Positions 47,599 to 56,160 of a DNA stretch of 64,000 nucleotides are shown piece by piece. A model generated the notes under the pieces. It saw only the letters and a program-made list of their open reading frames with translations, did not search any database and was not told the origin of the DNA. The position numbers and the translations under genes were made by a program. The stretch comes from a candidate division WOR-3 bacterium (lineage in GTDB: Bacteria; Hydrothermota; Tepidihabitantia; Tepidihabitantales; Tepidihabitantaceae). Where the stretch lies: NCBI GenBank assembly GCA_039801085.1, contig JBDRTY010000001.1:236354-300353 (forward strand), written 5' to 3'. Every line of letters begins with the position of its first letter. Positions within the stretch are counted from its first letter, which is position 1.

Positions 47599-50500
47599 GC
47601 CGAAATTTTCGGACCGGGTGTTAGTTATCGGTGGCGGGATCGGCGGTGTTCAGGCAGCGCTTGATCTCGCCGATACCGGCAGAAAGGTTTACTTGGTGGA
47701 AAGTGCGCCGGCGATTGGTGGCTATATGGCGATGCTGGATAAAACTTTTCCCACTAACGACTGTTCGATGTGCATTCTCAGCCCGAAGCTGGTCAGTTGT
47801 GCCCGGCATCCGAATGTGGAACTGATGACACTGAGCCGGCTCGTGGCACTCAGCGGTGAGCCGGGCAGGTTTCGGATACGGATACTTCGCCATGCCCGCT
47901 CGGTGGACCTTTCCCGGTGCACCGGCTGTGGTGACTGTCTGGAGAAGTGTCCGGTCAAAGTACCGAATGAGTTTGAGGGCGGTCTGGCACAACGCCGAGC
48001 AATCTACCGGCTCTATGCCCAGGCGGTACCCAATGCACCGGTGATTGACCGCCGCTTCTGTCTCAAATTCACCAAGGACCGCTGTGGCAACTGTGCCCGG
48101 GTGTGCAAGGCCGGGGCGATTGATTACCGCCAGCAGGATGAGGAGATTGAACTGGAAGTCGGTGCGGTGATCAATGCAAGCGGCAGTGTGATTGCTGATC
48201 CGCAACTCCGGCAGGAGTTCGGACACCGGCGCCTCGCCAATGTAGTTACCGCACTGGAGTTTGAGCGTATTCTTTCCGCCTCAGGTCCTTATTCCGGGCA
48301 TGTCCTCCGTCCTGGTGATGGTAAGGAGCCGAAACGCATCGCCTGGGTTCAGTGTTTCGGTTCCAGGGATGAGTCAATTGATCACGGTTACTGTTCGTCG
48401 GTCTGCTGCATGTATGCGGTCAAGGAGGCGGTGATCGCCCGCGAGCACAATCCGGCGATTGAACCGACGGTTTTCTATATGGACATCCGGGCTTACGGCA
48501 AGGAGTTTGACCGCTATATTGAACGGGCACAGAAGCAGTACGGGGTGAGGTTCGTCCAGGCGCGGGTGGCGGAAATTCTTGAGCAGAAGGAGAGCGGGAG
48601 TCTGATTGTCCGCTACGCTGATACCGGGGGTCAGCGTTCTGAGCTGTTTGATCTGGTAGTGCTGTCCTGCGGGCTCAGTGCCCGGGAGTTTGCTGGTATG
48701 ACGGTAGAAAGGGATAGTGCCGGATTTCCTGTGACCAGGTTGACCGAGCCGGTCAGTAGTTCCAGCGCCGGGGTATTTCTGGCCGGCAGCTGTGCGGCGC
48801 CGGTGGCGATCCCCGAGACGGTGATGGCAGCATCAGCAGCAGCGCTGAAGGCGATGACGCTGACCGTTCCGGCGGCGAAAGCCGTATCTGAAGAGCAGAG
48901 TGGTTTTGAACTTGATGTTGCCGGTGCTCCACCCCGAATCGGTGTTTTTGTCTGCAACTGCGGGATTAATATCGGCGGGGTGGTGCGGGTGCCGGAGGTG
49001 GTGGAGTATGCTCGGACACTGCCCGGAGTGGTTTATGCCGAAGAAAATCTCTATTCCTGTTCGGCGGATACGCTGGAGAAGCTCAAGCAGAGGGTCAGGG
49101 AGTATAACCTGAACCGGGTGGTGGTGGCATCCTGTTCCCCCCGGACGCACGAACCGCTGTTCCAGCAGACACTGGCTGAAGCAGGATTGAATCCGCATCT
49201 GTTTGCGATGGCAAACATCCGGGACCAGTGTTCTTGGGTGCATCCGGACCGGGATAGGGCAACAGAAAAGGCAAAGGATCTGGTCAAGATGGCGGTCGCC
49301 AGAGTACGCCGGCAGCTACCGCTCAAACCGGTGAAACTGCCGGTTACTAGGGCGGCACTGGTCGTCGGCGGCGGTATCAGTGGTATGGCGGCAGCGCTGG
49401 CGCTTGCTGACACCGGGGTTGATGTTTGTTTGGTGGAACGGGAGCCGGTTCTTGGGGGCATGGCAAGAAGAATTTACGAGACCATTGAAGGCGAGGACGT
49501 CCAACGGCTTCTGGCAGAAATGGAGGAACGAGTGAGGTCGCATCCCCGGATCCGGATTTTTACCGGAGCGGAAATCAGGCGCGTCAATGGCTTTGTTGGT
49601 TCATTTGAAACTACGGTTGCAGTTGCGGGCAGAGAGGAGATAGTGCGTCACGGGGTTGTGATTGTTGCCACCGGTGCTCAATACCGTCAGCCTGACGAAT
49701 ATCTTTATGGACAGGATCCGAGAATCCGGACCCAGCAGGAGCTGGAGGAGATTATTGCCCGCCAGCCTGAGGAGCTGAAGCGATTGGATAAGGTCGTGAT
49801 GATTCAGTGTGTTGGTTCGCGGGAGGGGAAACATAACTATTGTTCCCGGGTGTGCTGTACGGAGGCGGTCAAGAATGCGCTGGCAATCAAGCGCATTAAT
49901 CCGGATTGCGATATATACATTCTTTACCGGGATATCCGTACTTACGGTATACTGGAGCGGTATTACCGCCAGGCACGGGAGGCAGGGGTGATATTTGTCC
50001 GCTATGAGGAGACGGATAAACCTCGGGTGAAAGTGTCTGACGGAAAACTGCAGGTTGAGCTGCTCGAACCCGTACTGAAGATGCCCCTGACACTGCAACC
50101 GGATTGGTTGATTCTTTCCAGTGGAGTAACGCCTTATTCTGATGCCTCAATACTGGGACAGTTGCTGAAGGTACCGTTGCAGCAGGACGGATTTTTCCTT
50201 GAGGCGCATGCCAAGCTCCGGCCCGTGGATTTTGCCACTGATGGGGTATTTGTTGCCGGAATGTGCCATTATCCCAAGTTCATCCCCGAGGCGGTGGCAT
50301 CGGCACAGGCGGCTGCCGGCAGGGCGGCAACCGTTCTCGCCCGGGAGTATATTGAGGCTGAACCCTATCAGGCGGTGGTTAATCCGGAGCGCTGCTCTGC
50401 CTGCGGGATGTGTGAAAAACTGTGTGCCTATCGGGCAATTGAAGTGCAGGTGATTGATGAGCGTTCCGGCAGGCGGGCAGCAGTTGTCAATCAGGCGATG

Positions 50501-50614
50501 TGCAAGGGCTGTGGTGCCTGTGCCGCCAATTGCCGGTCGGCGGCAATTGATATCCGGGGTTTTGTTGCCGAAAACATCAGTCGCGAGCTTGCCGCACTTT
50601 TTGCTGAAGATTAA
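47591..50614 (+). CDS. Double-module HdrA paralogue (1007 aa)
   Basis: GGGIGG, TFPTNDCSMCI, QCFGSRD, IGVFVCNCG, QCVGSRE, EAHAKLRP, C-terminal ferredoxin. Confidence 0.9.
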   Translation: MTEPKFSDRVLVIGGGIGGVQAALDLADTGRKVYLVESAPAIGGYMAMLDKTFPTNDCSMCILSPKLVSCARHPNVELMTLSRLVALSGEPGRFRIRILRHARSVDLSRCTGCGDCLEKCPVKVPNEFEGGLAQRRAIYRLYAQAVPNAPVIDRRFCLKFTKDRCGNCARVCKAGAIDYRQQDEEIELEVGAVINASGSVIADPQLRQEFGHRRLANVVTALEFERILSASGPYSGHVLRPGDGKEPKRIAWVQCFGSRDESIDHGYCSSVCCMYAVKEAVIAREHNPAIEPTVFYMDIRAYGKEFDRYIERAQKQYGVRFVQARVAEILEQKESGSLIVRYADTGGQRSELFDLVVLSCGLSAREFAGMTVERDSAGFPVTRLTEPVSSSSAGVFLAGSCAAPVAIPETVMAASAAALKAMTLTVPAAKAVSEEQSGFELDVAGAPPRIGVFVCNCGINIGGVVRVPEVVEYARTLPGVVYAEENLYSCSADTLEKLKQRVREYNLNRVVVASCSPRTHEPLFQQTLAEAGLNPHLFAMANIRDQCSWVHPDRDRATEKAKDLVKMAVARVRRQLPLKPVKLPVTRAALVVGGGISGMAAALALADTGVDVCLVEREPVLGGMARRIYETIEGEDVQRLLAEMEERVRSHPRIRIFTGAEIRRVNGFVGSFETTVAVAGREEIVRHGVVIVATGAQYRQPDEYLYGQDPRIRTQQELEEIIARQPEELKRLDKVVMIQCVGSREGKHNYCSRVCCTEAVKNALAIKRINPDCDIYILYRDIRTYGILERYYRQAREAGVIFVRYEETDKPRVKVSDGKLQVELLEPVLKMPLTLQPDWLILSSGVTPYSDASILGQLLKVPLQQDGFFLEAHAKLRPVDFATDGVFVAGMCHYPKFIPEAVASAQAAAGRAATVLAREYIEAEPYQAVVNPERCSACGMCEKLCAYRAIEVQVIDERSGRRAAVVNQAMCKGCGACAANCRSAAIDIRGFVAENISRELAALFAED

Positions 50615-50638
50615 CAGACGACACTATTAGGGGACAGG

Positions 50639-51073
50639 ATGAATTCTGATTCTCTCCCTTACCGACTTCTCGACCATACAGCGGATTTAAAAGTGGAAAT
50701 ATACGGGCAGGAGTTGAAGGAACTGTTTTGCAACGCTGCCTTCATGATTTTTGATGTCATGCTGGATTTGAAACAGGTGCGTGAACAGGGGAACTATGAA
50801 ATATCGCTGCAATCGGCAGACCTGCCTGAACTCTTTCTGGACTGGCTCCGCGAACTGCTTTTCCTTTTTTCAACCCGCAGTTTTGTCACCAGACGGGTTG
50901 AAATTTCGGCATTGCAGAGCGAACCTGCGCTGCTGAAAGCAGTAGTCTACGGCGAAAGTTATGACCCGGACCGGCACGGATTGAAAATTGAGATTAAAAC
51001 GCCTACCTATCATCAGTATCAGATTGAACGGATGCAGGAGGGCTATCGGGCAACCGTAATCTTTGATGTATAG
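50639..51073 (+). CDS. Archease family protein
   Basis: LDHTAD N-terminal motif, IKTPTYH C-terminal motif, ATVIFDV end. Confidence 0.9.
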   Translation: MNSDSLPYRLLDHTADLKVEIYGQELKELFCNAAFMIFDVMLDLKQVREQGNYEISLQSADLPELFLDWLRELLFLFSTRSFVTRRVEISALQSEPALLKAVVYGESYDPDRHGLKIEIKTPTYHQYQIERMQEGYRATVIFDV

Positions 51074-51076
51074 CTA

Positions 51077-52246
51077 TTAGCCGCCGGGCTTTAAAGGCGA
51101 GATTTCCCTTAACCGTTTTACAACCCGTTCCATCACCTCAACCGCGTAATCAATTTCCACTTCGGTATTTTCCTCTCCCAGTGAGAAGCGGATGACGGAA
51201 TTTCGATAGATTTCCGGTACACCGATCGCCTTGACGGTCGGGGAGGGTTCAGGTTCACCGGAAGAACAGGCAGAACCGGAGGCAACGGCAATGCCCTCCA
51301 GATCCAGATTCATCAGCAGTGCCTCTCCTTCCACATATGCGACGCTGAAATGGCTGGTGTTGGGTAATCTTTTCTCCGGATGACCATTAAGTCGCACTTC
51401 AGAAATCCGTTCCAGAATGCCCTTTTCCAGCCGGTCCCGCAGCTGCCGGATACGGGCGACATTCTGTTGCCATTCCTCTTTAAGAATTTCACATGCCTTG
51501 CCGATACCGATGATGCCGATGACATTTTCGGTGCCGGCGCGCAGACCCCGCTGATGATGGCCGCCGTGAATCAGGGGTACAATCGGAGTTCCAGAACGGA
51601 TGAAGAGCACGCCGATTCCCTTAGGGGCATGAATTTTATGACCTGATATGGTCATCAGATCAACTCCCAGATTCTGGACATCAATTTCGATCTTGCCGGC
51701 GGCAGAGACCGCATCGGTATGTACTAATACCTCATGTTCATGACAAATTCGGACAATTTCCTTTAGCGGTTCAATTGTGCCGATCTCGTTATTGGCAAGC
51801 ATTACACTGACAAGCACGGTCTGGGGAGTGATTGCCTTGCGTACCGCTTCCGGGTCGACGATACCATAAGCATCTACTGGCAGGTAGGTGACCTGCCAGC
51901 CCATTTCCGCAAGATAGTGGGTACTTCCCAGTACAGAGGCGTGTTCAATCGGACTGGTGATAATGTGTCGTCCCTTTTTCAGCATCAGTGCGGCAGCGAC
52001 ACCCTTGATTGCCCAGTTATTGGCTTCAGTGCCGCCACTGGTAAAGAATATTTCTGCTGGCTTGGCGTTGATAAATGCCGCGACCTGCTCCCGGGCTCTT
52101 TCAATCCCTTCAGCGCATTCCCGGCCGAATGAGTGCAGGTTCGAGGGATTGCCGAAAATATCAGTCAGGTAAGGTGCAATTGCTTCCCTGACCCGCGGAT
52201 CGATCGGGGTGGTTGAGTTGTTGTCCAGATAGACACGCATTTTCAT
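51077..52246 (-). CDS. iscS: Cysteine desulfurase (IscS/NifS)
   Basis: YLDNNSTT, GNPSNLH, FTSGGTEANN, SGHKIHAPKG, SGSACSS. Confidence 0.93.
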   Translation of the reverse strand: MKMRVYLDNNSTTPIDPRVREAIAPYLTDIFGNPSNLHSFGRECAEGIERAREQVAAFINAKPAEIFFTSGGTEANNWAIKGVAAALMLKKGRHIITSPIEHASVLGSTHYLAEMGWQVTYLPVDAYGIVDPEAVRKAITPQTVLVSVMLANNEIGTIEPLKEIVRICHEHEVLVHTDAVSAAGKIEIDVQNLGVDLMTISGHKIHAPKGIGVLFIRSGTPIVPLIHGGHHQRGLRAGTENVIGIIGIGKACEILKEEWQQNVARIRQLRDRLEKGILERISEVRLNGHPEKRLPNTSHFSVAYVEGEALLMNLDLEGIAVASGSACSSGEPEPSPTVKAIGVPEIYRNSVIRFSLGEENTEVEIDYAVEVMERVVKRLREISPLKPGG

Positions 52247-52769
52247 TTTTTTGCTCCTTCTTTTTTCTCGATTTTAATCCTCCGATGAATTCATAAAGTA
52301 GGATCAGGATTACGCCGGTTACTACAAAGGCATCCGCCAGATTAAATGTAAACCAGCGGAATCCGAGTGAACGGATTTCAAAGTCAATGAAATCGATGAC
52401 ATGACCCAGCCGTACCCGGTCCACGAGATTACCCAACGCACCGCCCAGAATAATGCCATAGGCACAGCCGAGATAGGTGCTACGGGTCTTTAATGCCAGC
52501 AGCAGTACCAATATAATCCCGGTGAGCTGCAACAGGTAATGGAGCCAGACCGCGCCGAATGATATCCCGAATACCCCGAAGGGGTTGGTATTATAGGAAA
52601 TTTTAAGCAGATCACCTATTATCCGGATTGAAACGGGTGCTGCCGGCCTGTTGAAAATCCCGTAGACAAGATTTTTTGTTATCTGGTCAGCAAACAAAGC
52701 CAGAATGCTGGTCCAGACAAAAGAACGACCCAGCACCGGTGTGCAGCGGACGGGTTCTGAATTGGACAT
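52161..52769 (-). CDS. lspA: Lipoprotein signal peptidase (signal peptidase II)
   Basis: DQITK, GGALGNLVDR, VIDFID, FNLAD; the C-terminal tail overlaps iscS by 86 nt. Confidence 0.92.
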   Translation of the reverse strand: MSNSEPVRCTPVLGRSFVWTSILALFADQITKNLVYGIFNRPAAPVSIRIIGDLLKISYNTNPFGVFGISFGAVWLHYLLQLTGIILVLLLALKTRSTYLGCAYGIILGGALGNLVDRVRLGHVIDFIDFEIRSLGFRWFTFNLADAFVVTGVILILLYEFIGGLKSRKKKEQKNENACLSGQQLNHPDRSAGQGSNCTLPD

Positions 52770-53719
52770 CAGGATGTCTTTTCTGCGGCAGCAATAAGCT
52801 GGTCGAGCTGATCAGGGGGATAAACTCGGATATGATAGTGCTGGGCAAACTGTTGTGCTTCGGGGCTTAATGCGGTCCCGGCGATCAGAATAATATCCTG
52901 CGCACCGACATCATATGCCTTGGCATAAAGCTTTATTACTTCCTCGGCCGGTATTTCGGTCGCCCCGGCGGCAAATCCGATAACGACTTGGTGTTCCAGC
53001 GGACCGGATCGCTTGACCGCGAGAATGTCAATCAAATGTCTTGCTCCAGACCGGCCCGATACAGTAACCGCTTCCCGAACATCATACCCTTCCTGAGTTA
53101 GCAGGTTCTTTACCCGGCTCCGGGGTATCCTTTCCTCCTGTATCTTTTTCAACTGTTCAGGATTAACACAATATTTATAGAGCACAAGTTCGCGTACACC
53201 ATTTTTTTCATACAGCTGACTGCATCCGCTGCAGTGCCAGCGTTCTACCGGGGACCGGGTTAATTCGCGGCAGTGAGGGCACCGGTACCGGTAACCCAGA
53301 TCTTCATAATCACTGCCCAGCAGCAGCAATTCATCACGGCATTTCGGACAGACCCTCCGGTTATAGCGAAGAAAATCATCCGCCGGTCCGGAATAACCGC
53401 AAGTTCGATGTTTTAATACTCTGGTGCGAAGAATTTCCGGAGAGTGGCACTTGGGACAGAAAAAAACAAGCTTCAGCCGATCGGCATTACATCGTGGACA
53501 AAGAAATATTCTTTCCGCGAACTGGCGTTCCAAATATCCGAGCCGGGAGAGATCCTCGAGAAGCTGGACCGCAGCTTGAGCATCGATTTTCAGGTGTGAT
53601 TCTACGAGTGGATAGCTGATGCCCTCAGGGGTATGAGGAGCAAAGACCGGTTCCAGCGATCGGTCCGGTTTTTCTGTCAGCAGTTCAAAAAGTTTCAGCA
53701 GGTTGCTGTCAGTTTCCAT
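52769..53719 (-). CDS. Multi-zinc-ribbon (TackOD1-like) protein with C-terminal Mrr-like restriction-endonuclease fold
   Basis: CPRC, CPKC, HxxC, CPKC, CPHC, CSGC; C-terminal GRSGARHLIDILA...VIKLYAKAYDVG...ALSPEAQQFA. Confidence 0.6.
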   Translation of the reverse strand: METDSNLLKLFELLTEKPDRSLEPVFAPHTPEGISYPLVESHLKIDAQAAVQLLEDLSRLGYLERQFAERIFLCPRCNADRLKLVFFCPKCHSPEILRTRVLKHRTCGYSGPADDFLRYNRRVCPKCRDELLLLGSDYEDLGYRYRCPHCRELTRSPVERWHCSGCSQLYEKNGVRELVLYKYCVNPEQLKKIQEERIPRSRVKNLLTQEGYDVREAVTVSGRSGARHLIDILAVKRSGPLEHQVVIGFAAGATEIPAEEVIKLYAKAYDVGAQDIILIAGTALSPEAQQFAQHYHIRVYPPDQLDQLIAAAEKTS

Positions 53720-53739
53720 TCCGGAGCTCCTTGTGTGTT

Positions 53740-53767
53740 ATTATAAACTTAATTTCACCTCAGTCAA
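53740..53767 (-). promoter_or_regulatory. Promoter of the zinc-ribbon/lspA/iscS operon
   Basis: TTGACT-16nt-TATAAT, then AAGGAG before ATG 53719. Confidence 0.7.
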
Positions 53768-53781
53768 ATAAGTTTGCTCGA

Positions 53782-53817
53782 TTGACAATTGCGATTTTGA
53801 TGTTTAACTTTAAAACT
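53782..53817 (+). promoter_or_regulatory. Leaderless promoter of the Na/Pi transporter gene
   Basis: TTGACA-17nt-TAACTT-7nt-GTG (53818). Confidence 0.65.
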
Positions 53818-55833
53818 GTGCAGAGTTTTATTGTACTCATCGCAATTCTGTTTGCTGTTGTTAGTGGGAAAGCTTTTCCCGGCTATCAATTAAAATTTGC
53901 TACCGTGGGAGATGAGGATATTTCCGGTAATAATCAGGTGGGAGAGACCGGAAGTGATTTGCCCCGCTGCTTGGCACTGCAGGTTTTAGACCGGGGGAAA
54001 CCTGTTGTCCATATTCCGGTGCATTTTTCCATTTTAAGCGAACCGGTAGAAAACAGTTACCCGGGTAATTTCCGTGCCCGGCTTTCAGACACCGTTGTTT
54101 ATACCGATCAGCTTGGTATCGCCCGGACGAGACTGAGACTGGGAAGTAATACTGGTGAATATCTGATTAAAGGAGAAACGGCGGGCAGTGAACTGGTGTT
54201 TGTGATCCGGGGGTTGAAACATCGCTGGTATCTCGGGACAATTCTGGAAATTATCGGCGGGACAGCAATTTTTCTCTTCGGTTTGTATTACGGTTCAAAA
54301 GGGTTAAGGCGACTGGCAGGTGATAGACTGCGGCAGGTCCTTTTTGCACTGATTCCCAACCGGCTACTCGGGGTCTTAGTGGGAATTATTGTCACCGCAA
54401 TTTTCCAGTCCTCCAGCGCCACGGTCGGGCTTTTAATGTCGCTTGCCTCTTCCGGACTGATTACGGTGGGACAATCACTGGGGGTCATTCTGGGGGCTGA
54501 TATCGGTACAACAATTACAATCCAGCTGCTTTCATTCCGGATATACGAATACGCCCTTTTTGCTGTGGCAGTCGGATTGCTTTTAATGAATTCAAGCTGG
54601 CGGCTGAAGGATATCGGTCAGGTAATTTTCGGATTCGGGCTGGTATTTTTTTCCATGAAGATGGTTCTGAGTGCAGTGGAACCGGTAAAGTATCTGCCCC
54701 AATTTCAGGCGTTTTTCCGTGCGGGCACTATGCATCCTTTCTACTCGTTCGTGCTGGCACTGGTTTTTACCGCACTCGTGCGTTCTTCGGCAGCGACGAT
54801 CGGAATGACGGTCGGACTGTCTTTTTCGGGAATAATCGGGCTGGAAAGTGCAATTCCTTTGATCCTGGGGGCGAACGTTGGCAGCGGTTTAACAGCACTG
54901 GTTACAGCATGGAATACCAAGTCTGCAGGCAGACGGGTGGCGCTCGCCCAGCTCCTGTTTAAATTGATTACTACCCTGATGATTATTCCGGTAATCCCAC
55001 CAGCCACAGTTTTTTTCTCCCGGACCTCGCCAATCACTGCCCGGCAGATTGCCAATGCCCATACACTGATCAACATAGCGGCAGCAGTGATTTTTCTTCC
55101 GTTACTTGGCATCATCGAGAAACTGCTGGAGGTGATTATTCCGGAGCAGGCGGATACTGAAGCGGGTCCACGGTATCTTGATACCGCAGCGCTTGATAGT
55201 CCGGAACTGGCACTGGCACAGGGGACCCGGGAAATACTGAGAATGGGAGAGATGGTGCAGAATATGCTGGAAAAGTCACTGCTCTTTTTCCTGGAGAATG
55301 ATAAAGAAGGCTGTCGCTGGTTGGCATTGGAGGATGACCGGGTCGACCGGCTCGAAGAAGAGCTGATGGTTTTTTTATCAAAGATTCCTCCGGAATCACA
55401 GAATCCGGAGACATCAAAACGTACGCGGACACTGTTCTATATAACTGAGGAGCTGGAACATATTGCGGACATTGTTTCCAAAAACATGGTGGTATACATC
55501 AGAAAAAGGATAAACCACAACCTGGCTTTTTCTCCTGCTGGTCTGGAAGAGATCAAGAATTTTCACCAGCAAGTTCTGAAAAACCTGACAATGGCACTTG
55601 GCTGCATTGCCACCTGGGATGGAAAGATGGCACAGCAGTTAGCAGAAAAAAGGGTTTGGGGCATCGAGAGAAAACAGGAATTGCAAAACCGTCACCTTGA
55701 AAGGCTGGCACTCGGTTTAAAGGAAACTTTGGATACTTCCTCGATTCACCTGGATTTGATTTCGGATCTCGAAAGAATCAATTTCCACTGTAGCCAGATA
55801 GGTGCTGCAATAGCAAGTGTTGCAGAAGGCTAA
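53818..55833 (+). CDS. Na+/Pi cotransporter family protein with N-terminal Ig-like domain and PhoU-like C-terminal domains
   Basis: FQSSSAT and VRSSAAT repeats, LGADIGTT, LGANVGS, AHTLIN; PhoU-like helical repeats. GTG 53818 gives a signal peptide. Confidence 0.88.
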   Translation: MQSFIVLIAILFAVVSGKAFPGYQLKFATVGDEDISGNNQVGETGSDLPRCLALQVLDRGKPVVHIPVHFSILSEPVENSYPGNFRARLSDTVVYTDQLGIARTRLRLGSNTGEYLIKGETAGSELVFVIRGLKHRWYLGTILEIIGGTAIFLFGLYYGSKGLRRLAGDRLRQVLFALIPNRLLGVLVGIIVTAIFQSSSATVGLLMSLASSGLITVGQSLGVILGADIGTTITIQLLSFRIYEYALFAVAVGLLLMNSSWRLKDIGQVIFGFGLVFFSMKMVLSAVEPVKYLPQFQAFFRAGTMHPFYSFVLALVFTALVRSSAATIGMTVGLSFSGIIGLESAIPLILGANVGSGLTALVTAWNTKSAGRRVALAQLLFKLITTLMIIPVIPPATVFFSRTSPITARQIANAHTLINIAAAVIFLPLLGIIEKLLEVIIPEQADTEAGPRYLDTAALDSPELALAQGTREILRMGEMVQNMLEKSLLFFLENDKEGCRWLALEDDRVDRLEEELMVFLSKIPPESQNPETSKRTRTLFYITEELEHIADIVSKNMVVYIRKRINHNLAFSPAGLEEIKNFHQQVLKNLTMALGCIATWDGKMAQQLAEKRVWGIERKQELQNRHLERLALGLKETLDTSSIHLDLISDLERINFHCSQIGAAIASVAEG

Positions 55834-55860
55834 AAAAAGAGCCCCGAAGAGTCGGGGCTC
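55832..55860 (-). terminator. Rho-independent terminator with its U-tract on the minus strand
   Basis: GAGCCCCGA-4nt-TCGGGGCTC stem with an A7 run on the plus-strand 5' side. Confidence 0.75.
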
Positions 55861-56160
55861 AGGTGCAGAGCTGCGACGCATCTCACCCCTTTCGCCGCTC
55901 CCTCAATTTACTAACTCCTAGATAAGCAAAAAATATGCCAAACAATGTCGCATGGCGTGTATTGCATAATTATTTTTAAATTAATAACTTATCATGCGTG
56001 GGCAAAGTTTTCGTCAGCAGCCACATATTTTTAATGCTTATAAAATCAGCATTACTGCCGCATTTTTCTGCGGTGTCTTGAATTTTTCGATTTTATTGTT
56101 AATGGAGTTTATCTTGACTGCTGGGGAGTTTTGTTGTATTATAATTAAAAAGGAGTGGCG

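Noticed and set aside
43671-49011. 74-nt near-identical repeat (43671-43744 and 48938-49011)
   Set aside because: Four mismatches, all synonymous, within the conserved IGVFVCNCGINIGG HdrA motif; explained by paralogy, not a mobile repeat.
37704-50614. Selenocysteine recoding in Hdr/Mvh subunits
   Set aside because: All expected ligand positions are Cys in uninterrupted frames; no in-frame UGA is needed.
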